This document shows positions 17,733-27,021 of a DNA stretch of 60,467 nucleotides, piece by piece. A program made the translations under genes and the position numbers. The stretch spans positions 1 to 60,467 of the forward strand of contig CAZCXU010000005.1 of assembly GCA_964502885.1 (NCBI GenBank). Direction: 5' to 3'. Under the pieces are notes generated by a model. That model was not told the DNA's origin. It did no database searches and was given only the letters and a program-made list of their open reading frames with translations. Each line of letters starts with the position of its first letter. Position 1 is the first letter of the stretch. This DNA is from an uncultured Gammaproteobacteria bacterium. Its GTDB lineage: Bacteria > Patescibacteriota > Microgenomatia > CAZETR01 > Amesbacteraceae.

Positions 17733-18608
17733 TTGGGACACTCATCCCGCAGCACAGCAAAGAGTGGAAATGTAATGGAAGGTGCTCAAATAGTCGAGGA
17801 ACAAATTTTTAAGCCTTTGTTGGAAAAAGAGGTAACTGTTAGATTAAGAGGAAAAACTGAAACTTTTATTTTTAGGTTTGACTATCCGCAGGTCAAAACG
17901 GACATTAGTAATCGAGTAAAAGAAAATGGTACAGAACCAAATCTGTCATTTGATAACGCCTTGAAAAAATTGGAGGTAAGTTTTGACTCAGACGACACAG
18001 AAGATAGAAATGCTTCAATCGATCAAAAGCTAGTGGCAGCAATAACAAAAGCGGTAGCTAAACCATTTCACAGTTTGGTGAAGCCAACTGAAGATTTTCC
18101 GGGAGGGTTAATCCGGGTGGGGATTGGAGGGGGGTATTTGAATCCAGATGGATCTATCTATTCTTTAGGTATGGCAATTGACATAGGTCATCTATCTCAT
18201 ATGGCTCAAACCTTTTTAGGTCCTAATGCAACAGCGGAAGAGTACAGTTTTATGATGGAAAACATGATAAGGATTACTTATGACCATGAAGCGGAACATG
18301 TAGCTCAAATGGCTGATCCAAGTGTGAAATCAAATGTTGAAGATCCTGGTTTGATAAAAAAAGTTCTTACTCCTCAAAATGCGGGGAGGGCTGGAGTGGT
18401 AATTACAGTGGTTGGAGCATTAATACCTGATCCAAATCAAAAGATGCTTGCGGTAGGTTTAGGTTTATCTTTGGCAGCTGCTGGGTATTCCATGGACTAT
18501 GGAGTTGGTACTGGCACTTTATCTGAAGCTGAGGCAGTAGAGAAACAAGTCAATAGAAACCCGCTATCGTTTTCCAAAGTGTGTACAGTGATTCATAAAC
18601 AAGAGTAA
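17733..18608 (+). CDS. Hypothetical protein with an HExxH motif and a hydrophobic C-terminal region
   Basis: YDHEAEHVAQM contains HEAEH (zincin-type HExxH). C-terminal AGVVITVVGALIP and MLAVGLGLSLAAAGY are TM-like. Start is TTG 17733 or ATG 17775. Confidence 0.5.
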   Translation: MGHSSRSTAKSGNVMEGAQIVEEQIFKPLLEKEVTVRLRGKTETFIFRFDYPQVKTDISNRVKENGTEPNLSFDNALKKLEVSFDSDDTEDRNASIDQKLVAAITKAVAKPFHSLVKPTEDFPGGLIRVGIGGGYLNPDGSIYSLGMAIDIGHLSHMAQTFLGPNATAEEYSFMMENMIRITYDHEAEHVAQMADPSVKSNVEDPGLIKKVLTPQNAGRAGVVITVVGALIPDPNQKMLAVGLGLSLAAAGYSMDYGVGTGTLSEAEAVEKQVNRNPLSFSKVCTVIHKQE

Positions 18609-18741
18609 TTTCAAGGTGAAGCTGGGTTGGTGTTGGTTTCTTGTCTTCAGGGTACAGGTTGGGTGATGACTATAAAGCCAAACGGATTCTATTCAAACAA
18701 ATTATTCAAAAAAACAACGGGTAGAAAAATTACAGGATGGA

Positions 18742-18993
18742 TTGAAAGATGAAGAAGATAGAAATGCTAAAGCATATGGTGCAGGCTTGATGGAATATGA
18801 CCAATTTCAGGAAATGGCTAAAGATGTGCGGAGGGAACGGAAGCTGTGCGAATCGCATGTGGGGGAAATCAGTGGAAAGAACCTAGAAGTGCCTGTTGTA
18901 AGAAATAAAGAGACGGACAAATTAATCTCGGCAACAATAACGGTATTAAAGGAATGGGCTGGGGTAACAAAAAGCAGTTTGTTGGCGATATAA
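18742..18993 (+). CDS. Hypothetical small protein
   Basis: 83-aa ORF. No motif recognised. Confidence 0.3.
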   Translation: MKDEEDRNAKAYGAGLMEYDQFQEMAKDVRRERKLCESHVGEISGKNLEVPVVRNKETDKLISATITVLKEWAGVTKSSLLAI

Positions 18994-19071
18994 TTGAACG
19001 TGTTAATTGTGGTGAAGGAGTCAAACTTGAAGTAAGGGGACTCCTCCATTTATTTATCTAAAAGTGGGGAT

Positions 19072-20094
19072 ATGAACCTATCAGTGGGAATAGTGGGGTT
19101 GCCAAACGTGGGTAAGTCGACACTTTTTAATGCGTTGCTGAAAAAACAGGCAGCGCTAGCTGCTAATTATCCGTTTGCTACCATTGAGCCAAACCTGGGG
19201 GTAGTGGGCGTGCCGGATGAGCGATTGCCGGTATTGGCAAGAGTGGTTAAGACAGAAAAGATAGTGCCGGCAACCGTTCGGTTTGTAGATATTGCCGGAT
19301 TGGTAAAAGGGGCCAGCCAGGGGGAGGGGCTGGGGAATAAATTTTTGCAGCATATCCGAGAGGTGGATGCCATTGCTTTGGTGCTTCGCGACTTTTCGGA
19401 TGAGAATGTGATACGGGCGGGTTCAGAGAACCCCGATGCTGACAGAGAAGTGTTGGAAGCTGAGCTGATTCTTTCTGATGTGCAGACGGCTGAGAAGATT
19501 GTCGGTAGTAAGGATAAGACCAGGCAGATATTGGCAGGCAAGATTCTGGATGGACTAAACAAAGGGATTGCGGTGAGGGAAATGACTTTTTCTGATGAGG
19601 AGTATCTGGAGGTGCGGCAAATGGGTTTTTTGACTATCAAACCGGAGATAGTGGTGCTCAATACCGACGAGAACAATTTGGAAGATACTGGAGATGGATG
19701 TGTACGGATTTGTGCGAAGATGGAAGCGGAGCTGGCAGAATTGAGTGAAGATGAACAAAAGGCATATTTGGCTGATCTGGGAATAGTGAGTAGCGGTCTG
19801 GAAAGACTGATCAAAAGAGGGTTTGAAATACTGGGGCTGCAAACCTTTCTGACCGCGGGGGAAATTGAAGCGAGGGCGTGGACTATTAAGAGGGGTACAA
19901 AAGCTCCACAGGCTGCCGGGGTAATTCACACGGATTTTGAAAAGCATTTTATTAAAGCGGATGTGGCTGATTATGGTGATTTTGTGGCTTTAGGTGGGTG
20001 GGTAAAATGTCGTGAGGTTGGAAAGGTCAGAACAGAAGGAAAAGAGTATGTTATGCGGGAGGGAGATGTGGTTGAATTTAAGATCGGGGCGTAG
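19072..20094 (+). CDS. ychF: Ribosome-binding ATPase YchF
   Basis: GIVGLPNVGKSTLFNAL, YPFATIEPN, DIAGLVKGAS, C-terminal TGS-like GVIHTDFEKHFIKA...EGKEYVMREGDVVEF. Confidence 0.92.
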   Translation: MNLSVGIVGLPNVGKSTLFNALLKKQAALAANYPFATIEPNLGVVGVPDERLPVLARVVKTEKIVPATVRFVDIAGLVKGASQGEGLGNKFLQHIREVDAIALVLRDFSDENVIRAGSENPDADREVLEAELILSDVQTAEKIVGSKDKTRQILAGKILDGLNKGIAVREMTFSDEEYLEVRQMGFLTIKPEIVVLNTDENNLEDTGDGCVRICAKMEAELAELSEDEQKAYLADLGIVSSGLERLIKRGFEILGLQTFLTAGEIEARAWTIKRGTKAPQAAGVIHTDFEKHFIKADVADYGDFVALGGWVKCREVGKVRTEGKEYVMREGDVVEFKIGA

Positions 20095-20099
20095 CGGCC

Positions 20100-20128
20100 T
20101 TGCTAAATGAACAGTCAGCTATTAAAAT
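20100..20128 (+). promoter_or_regulatory. Candidate sigma70-type promoter of rpsF-ssb-rpsR
   Basis: TTGCTA (20100-20105), 17-nt spacer, TAAAAT (20123-20128). The -10 ends 11 nt before ATG 20140, implying a very short leader. Confidence 0.35.
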
Positions 20129-20139
20129 TAGGCGATAAT

Positions 20140-20430
20140 ATGATGGGCAAATACAATTTAACCCTAGTGCTGCGACCGGAAGTAAAGGACGAAGCAAGGG
20201 ACAAATTTGTGACAAAAATCGAAAAAACTCTCAAAGGGTTGGATGGTTCAGTGACAAAAACTGTGGATATGGGACGTAAACAGCTGGCCTATAAAATCCA
20301 AAACCTGACAGAGGGAATTTATGTGAATATGAACCTTGAGGCGCCAAAATCCGCTGTGGTAGAATTGGCTAAGAAGTTAGCAGTTGATAAAGATATTTTG
20401 AGACATCTGCTGGTGAAATCGGAAGTGTAG
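20140..20430 (+). CDS. rpsF: 30S ribosomal protein S6
   Basis: MMGKYNLTLVLRPE...GRKQLAYKI is typical of S6. The ATG at 20140/20143 is preferred to 20107. Conserved rpsF-ssb-rpsR synteny. Confidence 0.9.
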   Translation: MMGKYNLTLVLRPEVKDEARDKFVTKIEKTLKGLDGSVTKTVDMGRKQLAYKIQNLTEGIYVNMNLEAPKSAVVELAKKLAVDKDILRHLLVKSEV

Positions 20431-20506
20431 TTATATGAAAAGTAACTTCCTTTCGCTGACGCTCAAGGGTCTTTTCATGTATCTCGCTTAACAAGTTAAG
20501 CTCATT

Positions 20507-21010
20507 ATGGCGACACGCTCACTAAATAAAGTAATGTTGATCGGGAATCTTACCCGTGATCCTGAGTTGCGTTATACCCCACAGGGGACTGCCGTATGTA
20601 CCATGGGACTTGCTACTAACCGCACATGGGTGACAGATAATGGCGATAAAAAAGAAGAAACAGAGTTTCATCGGATAGTTGCTTGGAACAAGTTGGCGGA
20701 ACTTTGTTCGCAATTGTTGTTTAAAGGGAGACGGGTGTATGTAGAAGGACGTTTGCAGACCAGACAGTGGACAGGTCAGGATGGAGCTGCCAGACAAGCA
20801 ACTGAAATTGTCATTGAGGATATGCTGGTTTTGGATTCGAAGCGACAGGAGGAAGGGAATATGGAATCTGTTGATATGGGGGTAATGCCGGCCGCGGCTA
20901 TGGAAGATGCGGGTACTGCCGCGACTGATGATGCTGTTGCGGCCCCTGTTGCGAAAAAAACTGTTAAAAAAGCTGACGCTACCGAAGTGGCCGAAGATAT
21001 TCCATTCTAA
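20507..21010 (+). CDS. ssb: Single-stranded DNA-binding protein
   Basis: LNKVMLIGNLTRDPELRYTPQG, FHRIVAWNKLAE, GRLQTRQW, acidic tail ending DIPF. Confidence 0.92.
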   Translation: MATRSLNKVMLIGNLTRDPELRYTPQGTAVCTMGLATNRTWVTDNGDKKEETEFHRIVAWNKLAELCSQLLFKGRRVYVEGRLQTRQWTGQDGAARQATEIVIEDMLVLDSKRQEEGNMESVDMGVMPAAAMEDAGTAATDDAVAAPVAKKTVKKADATEVAEDIPF

Positions 21011-21022
21011 TCCTTTAAACTT

Positions 21023-21253
21023 ATGGTACAAAAGAAACGCAAAATTAAGGTTCCAAGAAATTGTTTTTTCTGCAACGAAAAAGTCGACCCGACTTTTCGT
21101 GAAGTGGCAAATCTGTCCCGTTTTGTCAGTGATAGGGGAAGAATCATAGGGCGAGATCGCAGCGGAACATGCGCGTCGCACCAGCGAAAATTGACCATGG
21201 AAGTGAAGAGAGCCCGCCATCTGGCACTGTTGTCTTTTGTGTCGGGGGTGTAA
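21023..21253 (+). CDS. rpsR: 30S ribosomal protein S18
   Basis: CFFC...LSRFVSDRGRIIGRDRSGTCASHQRKLTMEVKRARHLALL. Confidence 0.92.
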   Translation: MVQKKRKIKVPRNCFFCNEKVDPTFREVANLSRFVSDRGRIIGRDRSGTCASHQRKLTMEVKRARHLALLSFVSGV

Positions 21254-21314
21254 CAAAAGTCTTTTGATACTTGTTGGGCGGATTGTTTTTGGTAAACTTG
21301 GGAAGATATTTGTT

Positions 21315-22592
21315 ATGAAAACGCGCAGCACTTTCCTAATTTTGGTTCTGATGATTTTTTCGATGTGGGTAGGGGTGTTTATCGGGCAGCAGAGATTGAA
21401 ACTGGAGTTTCAAAATTGGAAACCAGCGCTAATTGTTAATAAAAACCCGCTTACCTCACAGGTTTCTGAGGAGGATTTCGCTATTTTTTGGAAAGCTTGG
21501 GAAAGAGTGTCTGATTTGTATGTAGATAAAACTCAATTGGATGCAAAGAAGATGGTGGATGGGGCTGTGTCGGGTATGGTTGCTGCTATTGGCGATCCAT
21601 ATACGGTGTATCTGCCGGTGCGACAGAATACTGAATCCAAGGAGGATTTGGGTGGGGAATTCGAGGGGGTGGGGATTCAATTAGGTTTCAAAGAAAAAAG
21701 ATTGGCAGCAATAATGGCTTTAGATGGATCTCCGGCTAAAAAGGCTGATGTGAGGGCCGGTGATTTGATTTTACGGATTAAAGATGAAAAGAATAATGTG
21801 GATCGGCTTACAGACGGGATGTCCATAACAGAGGCTGTGAAGCTAATCAGGGGCAAAAAGGGAACTGAAGTAATTTTGACGATGTACAGAGAAGGAGTAG
21901 AAAAGCCTTTTGATGTGAGGCTGATACGGGCGACTGTGACGGTAAAGAGCGTGACTTTGAAATATGTGCTGGTAAATAAAGATGATGCAAATGGTAAAAA
22001 AGTTGCCTGGATTGAACTGTCGCGATTTGGTGATAAGACGCAAGAGGAATGGATGGCGGCCGTCAATGATGTGGCACGAACTTGCGGGAAGAAGAGTTTT
22101 GAATGTCCAGGAATGGTGCTGGATGTGCGTAATAACCCCGGAGGTTATCTGGATATGGCTGTGCAGATTTCGGGTGAATTTTTGAAGGCAGGAAAACTGG
22201 TGGTGACGCAAAGATATGGTGACGCAAGTGAGGAAAAGCTGTCTGTGAATAAAAACGGGAAGCTTTTGGATATGCCGGTAGTTGTATTAATCAATGAAGG
22301 GAGTGCGTCGGCTTCGGAAATTGTGGCAGGGGCGCTTTCTGACCATTCCCGAGCTAAACTAGTGGGTCAGAAGTCGTTTGGTAAAGGCAGCGTGCAAAAA
22401 CCGGAGGACTTTGAGGACGGTTCCGGTATTCATGTGACGGTAGCCAAATGGCTGAGGCCTTCGGGTGAGTGGATAGATAAACAGGGAATAACTCCGGATG
22501 TGGTAGTAGCTCAGGATGAGTCCAAGAAAGACAGTGCGAGCGAATACGATGACAAGCAGCTGATGACTGCCATAGGACTATTGGCGCAGTAG
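21315..22592 (+). CDS. ctpA: C-terminal processing peptidase (S41) with PDZ domain
   Basis: N-terminal TM, FEGVGIQLG, PDZ GSPAKKADVRAGDLILRI, DVRNNPGGYL, NEGSASASEIVAGAL, GQKSFGKGSVQ. The ATG at 21315 is preferred to the overlapping upstream ATG at 21237. Confidence 0.88.
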   Translation: MKTRSTFLILVLMIFSMWVGVFIGQQRLKLEFQNWKPALIVNKNPLTSQVSEEDFAIFWKAWERVSDLYVDKTQLDAKKMVDGAVSGMVAAIGDPYTVYLPVRQNTESKEDLGGEFEGVGIQLGFKEKRLAAIMALDGSPAKKADVRAGDLILRIKDEKNNVDRLTDGMSITEAVKLIRGKKGTEVILTMYREGVEKPFDVRLIRATVTVKSVTLKYVLVNKDDANGKKVAWIELSRFGDKTQEEWMAAVNDVARTCGKKSFECPGMVLDVRNNPGGYLDMAVQISGEFLKAGKLVVTQRYGDASEEKLSVNKNGKLLDMPVVVLINEGSASASEIVAGALSDHSRAKLVGQKSFGKGSVQKPEDFEDGSGIHVTVAKWLRPSGEWIDKQGITPDVVVAQDESKKDSASEYDDKQLMTAIGLLAQ

Positions 22593-22647
22593 TAGCGCTT
22601 TTGATTTTCAGTTGCTTTTCAGACTAGATGTGTAGTAATAATTAACT

Positions 22648-23817
22648 ATGAAGAAGAAAATAGCGGTGATTGCGGCAGTCCTACTGGTTGCGGCCGGGTC
22701 GGTGTTTGGCGGCGCTGTATCGGACAGGATGTATGGGTTTCGGTTGTTGGACAATTGGTTTCCGAGAAGCAGTGGCGGGGCAGTGACGGTGGAGGGAGGG
22801 GTTAAGCTTTTGAAAGAGGAAAGCGTGGTCATAGACGTGGCAGAGAAGGCTAGTCCGTCTGTTGTGACGGTGGCAATTTCCAAGGTGCAGCGGTTTCGAA
22901 CTTCCCCAAGATTTGATCCGGCTGACCCCTTCGGTTTTTTCCGCCAGCAGCAAGGCTTATTACAGGAAAAGAAGATAGAACAGGATATTGGCACCGGTTT
23001 CGTAATTTCGAAAGACGGTCTGATTGCGACAAACAAGCATGTGGTGGAAGATATGGAAGCCTCGTACAGAATTGTCATGAAAGACGATAAAGAATACGAG
23101 GTACAGCGGATTTATCGTGATCCCACCAATGATTTGGCAATTTTGAAGATTGATGCCAATGACTTGCCGCCAGTGGCTATGGGGGATTCGAGCAAGCTTA
23201 AAGTTGGACAGTTTGTGGTGGCTATAGGAACGGCTTTGGGGGAATTTCGACATACTGTTACCACCGGAGTGGTTTCAGGTTTGGGTCGCGGAATAACTGC
23301 GGGAAGTCCTTATGAGGGGAAGGTGGAACAACTGGATAATGTGATTCAAACAGACGCAGCTATAAATCCTGGCAATTCGGGAGGACCATTGTTAAACTCA
23401 GCCGGTGAAGTGATCGGAGTGAACACTGCGGTATCTGCGGCTGGTCAGAATATAGGTTTTGCCATTCCGATAAATGTTATTAAAGAGGCTATAGATTCCT
23501 TTAATAAGACCGGACAGTTTAGTAGGCCTTGGCTTGGGATTCGCTATCAAATGCTGCCAATGAAGACAGCAATGCAGTATGACGTGCCTACCGGGGCGTA
23601 TGTGCAGGAAGTGATATCTGGATCTCCGGCTGAAAAATCCGGCCTGAAAGAAGGGGATATTGTGACTAAGATCGATGGTAAAAAGATTACTGGCGAAGAT
23701 GAATTGGTCCTGACAAAAGAGATTTCCGGACACAAAGTCGGGGATAGAGTTGAATTGGAGTATTATCGTGGCGGGGATACTAAAAACTTAACAATAACTC
23801 TTGAAGAGGCTAAATAG
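22648..23817 (+). CDS. htrA: HtrA/DegP-family serine protease (S1C) with one PDZ domain
   Basis: GTGFVISKDGLIATNKHVV, NDLAILKI, TDAAINPGNSGGPLLN, PDZ GSPAEKSGLKEGDIVTKIDG. Confidence 0.9.
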   Translation: MKKKIAVIAAVLLVAAGSVFGGAVSDRMYGFRLLDNWFPRSSGGAVTVEGGVKLLKEESVVIDVAEKASPSVVTVAISKVQRFRTSPRFDPADPFGFFRQQQGLLQEKKIEQDIGTGFVISKDGLIATNKHVVEDMEASYRIVMKDDKEYEVQRIYRDPTNDLAILKIDANDLPPVAMGDSSKLKVGQFVVAIGTALGEFRHTVTTGVVSGLGRGITAGSPYEGKVEQLDNVIQTDAAINPGNSGGPLLNSAGEVIGVNTAVSAAGQNIGFAIPINVIKEAIDSFNKTGQFSRPWLGIRYQMLPMKTAMQYDVPTGAYVQEVISGSPAEKSGLKEGDIVTKIDGKKITGEDELVLTKEISGHKVGDRVELEYYRGGDTKNLTITLEEAK

Positions 23818-23874
23818 CAGGTTTTGCCCCAGGGTGATTGTGAAGGAGGCGATGATTTGGTAAAATAGTCGGAC

Positions 23875-24204
23875 ATGAAGGCACAGATTCACCCGAAATA
23901 TACAGATATCACCATAAGTTGCGCTTGCGGGAACACTTTTGTGGCCGGGTCCACAAAGGATAAAATTGATGTGGAAATTTGCGGAAAGTGTCACCCTTTC
24001 TTTACAGGGGAGATGAAGTTTGTGGATACGATGGGAAGAGTTGAGAAGTTTCAACAAAAACAAGCTGCGACTCCCACCGGGACTATGGGGATGTCCAAAA
24101 AAGTTCGTAAAGCGTTGAAGAAGAAAGAAGAAGAGGCTGTTGAGGCTGCAAAGCCCAAGAATCTTAAAGAGATGTTTGATCGGGTGAAGACTTTGGTAAA
24201 TTAG
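23875..24204 (+). CDS. rpmE: 50S ribosomal protein L31 (Zn-binding type) with a K/E-rich C-terminal extension
   Basis: [22 protein letters not shown]...[10 protein letters not shown], followed by about 40 extra residues. Confidence 0.9.
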   Translation: MKAQIHPKYTDITISCACGNTFVAGSTKDKIDVEICGKCHPFFTGEMKFVDTMGRVEKFQQKQAATPTGTMGMSKKVRKALKKKEEEAVEAAKPKNLKEMFDRVKTLVN

Positions 24205-24219
24205 ATTTCCAGGAGCAGA

Positions 24220-25149
24220 ATGGATGAGGCTAAGAAATATTTGCAAGAGGAGCTATTGCGTTTGGAGGCGCAGCTTTCAGAAGCACAAAAGATGGCAAAT
24301 GAGCCGGGTATGGTGGAGCTGGCAACTGAGGAGGCGGCAAGAATCCGCATGGAGATGGACAATGTGCAGAAAGCTATTGACGGCGATGATAGATCTGAAG
24401 AAAAATCCGGTGAGGTAGAAAGCTTTAAAAGTGTATTGGTTGAGGCGCGACAGGGTGTGGGGGGGGATGAAGCCAAGATCTGGGCGGACGACTTGCTTCG
24501 TATGTATTCACGATTTGCGGGGATCCGGGGATGGAATGTGGAAGCTATGGATGAGGGGGTCATAAAAGTTACAGGCAAGGGCGTATTTGAGGCGCTGCAG
24601 TTTGAGACCGGCGTTCATAGAGTTCAGCGGGTACCAGAGACAGAAGCCGCCGGAAGAATTCATACTTCGACAGCATCAATCGTAGTTTTGCCGGTGGTTC
24701 CTGAGAATAGGATAGATGTAAAGGAGGATGATCTGGTGTGGGAGTTTACCCGCGGCGGTGGACATGGGGGGCAAAATGTAAACAAAGTGGCGACGGCGGT
24801 TAGATTGACACATAAGCCGTCCGGGCTGATCATAAACTGCCGACAGGAACGATCGCAGGAGCAAAACCGAAAAGTGGCGTTGTCGATGCTTAGATCTCAG
24901 TTGTGGGAGATAGAGCAGGAAAAGAAGCTGGCGTTGGTTGCCGGGCAGCGGGCGGCTATTGGCCGGGGTATGCGTGCGGAGAAAATTCGCACCTACAATT
25001 ACCCGCAAAATCGGGTAACAGACCACCGATTAGGTAAGAGCTGGCACAAGCTGGAGAGTATCGTGGAGGGGGACTTGGATGATGTGGTGGAGGCCACAGC
25101 AAGTTTGAAGAATGGTGGAGGGGTTGGGATTGTGATGAATGAGGAGTAA
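24220..25149 (+). CDS. prfA: Peptide chain release factor 1 (compact, 309 aa)
   Basis: GVGGDEA, RVQRVPETEAAGRIHTS (PxT-type tripeptide PET), GGHGGQNVNKVATAVRLTH (GGQ), RTYNYPQNRVTDHR. Confidence 0.92.
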   Translation: MDEAKKYLQEELLRLEAQLSEAQKMANEPGMVELATEEAARIRMEMDNVQKAIDGDDRSEEKSGEVESFKSVLVEARQGVGGDEAKIWADDLLRMYSRFAGIRGWNVEAMDEGVIKVTGKGVFEALQFETGVHRVQRVPETEAAGRIHTSTASIVVLPVVPENRIDVKEDDLVWEFTRGGGHGGQNVNKVATAVRLTHKPSGLIINCRQERSQEQNRKVALSMLRSQLWEIEQEKKLALVAGQRAAIGRGMRAEKIRTYNYPQNRVTDHRLGKSWHKLESIVEGDLDDVVEATASLKNGGGVGIVMNEE

Positions 25150-25151
25150 GA

Positions 25152-26087
25152 TCAGGAGGTTTTGGTGTGACGCCGTGGGTAGATTTCAGAGATTGTTATA
25201 CCGGCCAGGATTATGAGACTTCCGATTATGAATGGGAGAGTAATCTGCTCGCCTAGCCAGAGGTGTGAAATAGGAACGGAAAAGACGGGGGAAAGATACA
25301 GAAAGATATTTGCTTCGGAGACCTCTATCAATTTTTGGGCTTTTTGATACAAATAATAGGCGATTGTTCCGGAGAAGACGGCCATATAAAAAATGCTGAG
25401 ATGTGCGGATAATGGAGCTGAGGTGAGGTGGTCAATTATTTCGACTGAGGGCATTCGGTAAAACAACAGGATCGATTCGGCAATGAAGCCAATAATGAAC
25501 ATGTTTGTGGTAAGGAAAAGAGGGGTAATGTTATGTTTGAGCTGTTTTTTTGTGAGAATAACGTAAAAAACCCAGGCAAATGTGCCGCTTAAAACAAGCA
25601 GATTGCCCTGCAAACTTCCGGATAGAAGCGACTGTCCTTCGAGTAGGGGTTGGATGGTAATAATGAAAGTGCCAGCCGCTGCGGTAAGCAAGCCGATAAC
25701 TTCATTTTTGGATAAGTGTTCGCGGAGAAAGAAGTATCCGGCAATAGCTACAAAGACCGGGGAGGTGGCGTTGATGACAGCGCCATCTATTGCTGTAGTA
25801 AGATCCAATCCCATGAACAGCAAGGTGAGCTGTACGGTGGAACCGAGGAAACCGGCCAAAATGAGCCAAAACCAGGTGGCTGGAGTCAGGCGAGAGAGAA
25901 GTGCGGCGGTGCGGGGCTCCAGGTGAAACAGTAGGGGGACCATGATGACGATTGAGATTAAGAATCGATAGGAAAGATAAAGTAGTGGAGGAAAATGGGG
26001 CAGCGAGAACTTGATGATCGGGGAGGCTAGTCCCCAGATGAGGGCGACGCCCAAAAGCATGAGATAAGCGCGATGGCGGGCAGACAT
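25152..26087 (-). CDS. EamA/DMT-family transporter
   Basis: 10 TM helices in two EamA-like halves. Convergent with prfA (2-nt gap). Confidence 0.8.
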   Translation of the reverse strand: MSARHRAYLMLLGVALIWGLASPIIKFSLPHFPPLLYLSYRFLISIVIMVPLLFHLEPRTAALLSRLTPATWFWLILAGFLGSTVQLTLLFMGLDLTTAIDGAVINATSPVFVAIAGYFFLREHLSKNEVIGLLTAAAGTFIITIQPLLEGQSLLSGSLQGNLLVLSGTFAWVFYVILTKKQLKHNITPLFLTTNMFIIGFIAESILLFYRMPSVEIIDHLTSAPLSAHLSIFYMAVFSGTIAYYLYQKAQKLIEVSEANIFLYLSPVFSVPISHLWLGEQITLPFIIGSLIILAGITISEIYPRRHTKTS

Positions 26088-26223
26088 TTATCAAGTTTAC
26101 TATAGCGAACACAAAATGAAATGTCCGATTTTTGTGTGAGATATATAGTCATCTTGTGTTTTGACATGACTATATAATAAGTAGGTGGATGAGCAGCAGT
26201 TGGAGGCCTGGGGAAAGCGAAAG

Positions 26224-27021
26224 ATGTCCCGGCGGGATCTTTTGAAGTTGGGGGGTGTAAGTTTGGCCGCACTGTTTCTGGCTGGCTGTCTGCCAGAGCA
26301 GAGCCGGAATACACGAACGGAAATGAATGAAAAAGAGCTGGCTGTGATAAAGAAATCAGTGATTCTCTTGGAAGTGGAGCGGGAGGATATCAAGTTGGGG
26401 ATTACCGGATGGGTAGCGGAAATGGATGATCTGGATGCTTATGTGGTGTTGTCGCAGCATGTAAAGACGAGGATGCCGGATGGGTCGATTGGCCCAGCCA
26501 AGGATTTGAAACGAATAAAGTTTATGATGGCAGATGGGCAGAGCGCTGAGTGCAACAATATGCAAATGGTAAGAAGTGTGGAAGATGTGGAGCGGGATAT
26601 CATGATGATGAAAATACCGAAAATATTGCTGGGTGATTTGGGGCTTCAGGCTGCGCCGTGGAACTATTCGGCGGTAACTGAAGGGGAAATAGTCACAGTG
26701 ATTGGATTTCCAGCAAAGGATCAGGATTTTTCGGCCGGAAAAGCTAATCTTCAGGTTGATAAAGCTTTGGTGGCCAGTGTGAGCTCAAAAAGGCCGCGGT
26801 TTGAAATTGTCGAGGCGGAAAAAGTGGGTGAGGGGTCGAGCTCTTCGGTGGTGGTCAGAATAAACCCGAATTTGGATAGGATGGAGGTAGTGGGACAGGT
26901 TTCAACTCAGGGAGAGAAAGAAATGAAAGTAGAGGTGGGGGGCAAAGAATACAGTGGGAAAATTGTGGGGGCTGTCTTTTTGGACATCAGAGGGATGATC
27001 GGTCAGCTGAAGAATGCTTAG
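26224..27021 (+). CDS. Putative Tat-signal lipoprotein, divergent trypsin-fold serine protease-like
   Basis: MSRRDLLKLGGVSLAALFLAGC combines a twin-arginine motif SRRDLLK with a lipobox LAGC. Candidate triad contexts are LSQHV, RDIMMMKI and GEGSSSSVVV, plus VIGFPA. Confidence 0.5.
   Translation: MSRRDLLKLGGVSLAALFLAGCLPEQSRNTRTEMNEKELAVIKKSVILLEVEREDIKLGITGWVAEMDDLDAYVVLSQHVKTRMPDGSIGPAKDLKRIKFMMADGQSAECNNMQMVRSVEDVERDIMMMKIPKILLGDLGLQAAPWNYSAVTEGEIVTVIGFPAKDQDFSAGKANLQVDKALVASVSSKRPRFEIVEAEKVGEGSSSSVVVRINPNLDRMEVVGQVSTQGEKEMKVEVGGKEYSGKIVGAVFLDIRGMIGQLKNA

Noticed and set aside
20522-21331. Long antisense ORFs opposite well-supported genes. Examples: 269 aa opposite ssb/rpsR, 19167-19814 opposite ychF, 6541-7251 opposite the GT39 gene, 10290-10955, 32771-33385, 50345-50995 opposite gyrA, and 57345-57956.
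   Set aside because: Their translations are low-complexity and rich in S/P/R/H/F. They have no recognisable motifs, and each lies fully inside a gene with strong family signatures on the other strand. They are typical shadow ORFs.
24220-25149. Short RF1 (309 aa) and the extended L31 (109 aa) as anomalies.
   Set aside because: All catalytic and decoding motifs are intact (PxT, GGQ, and the L31 Zn-binding cysteines). Length variation of this size is common in streamlined genomes, so I did not rate it a finding.
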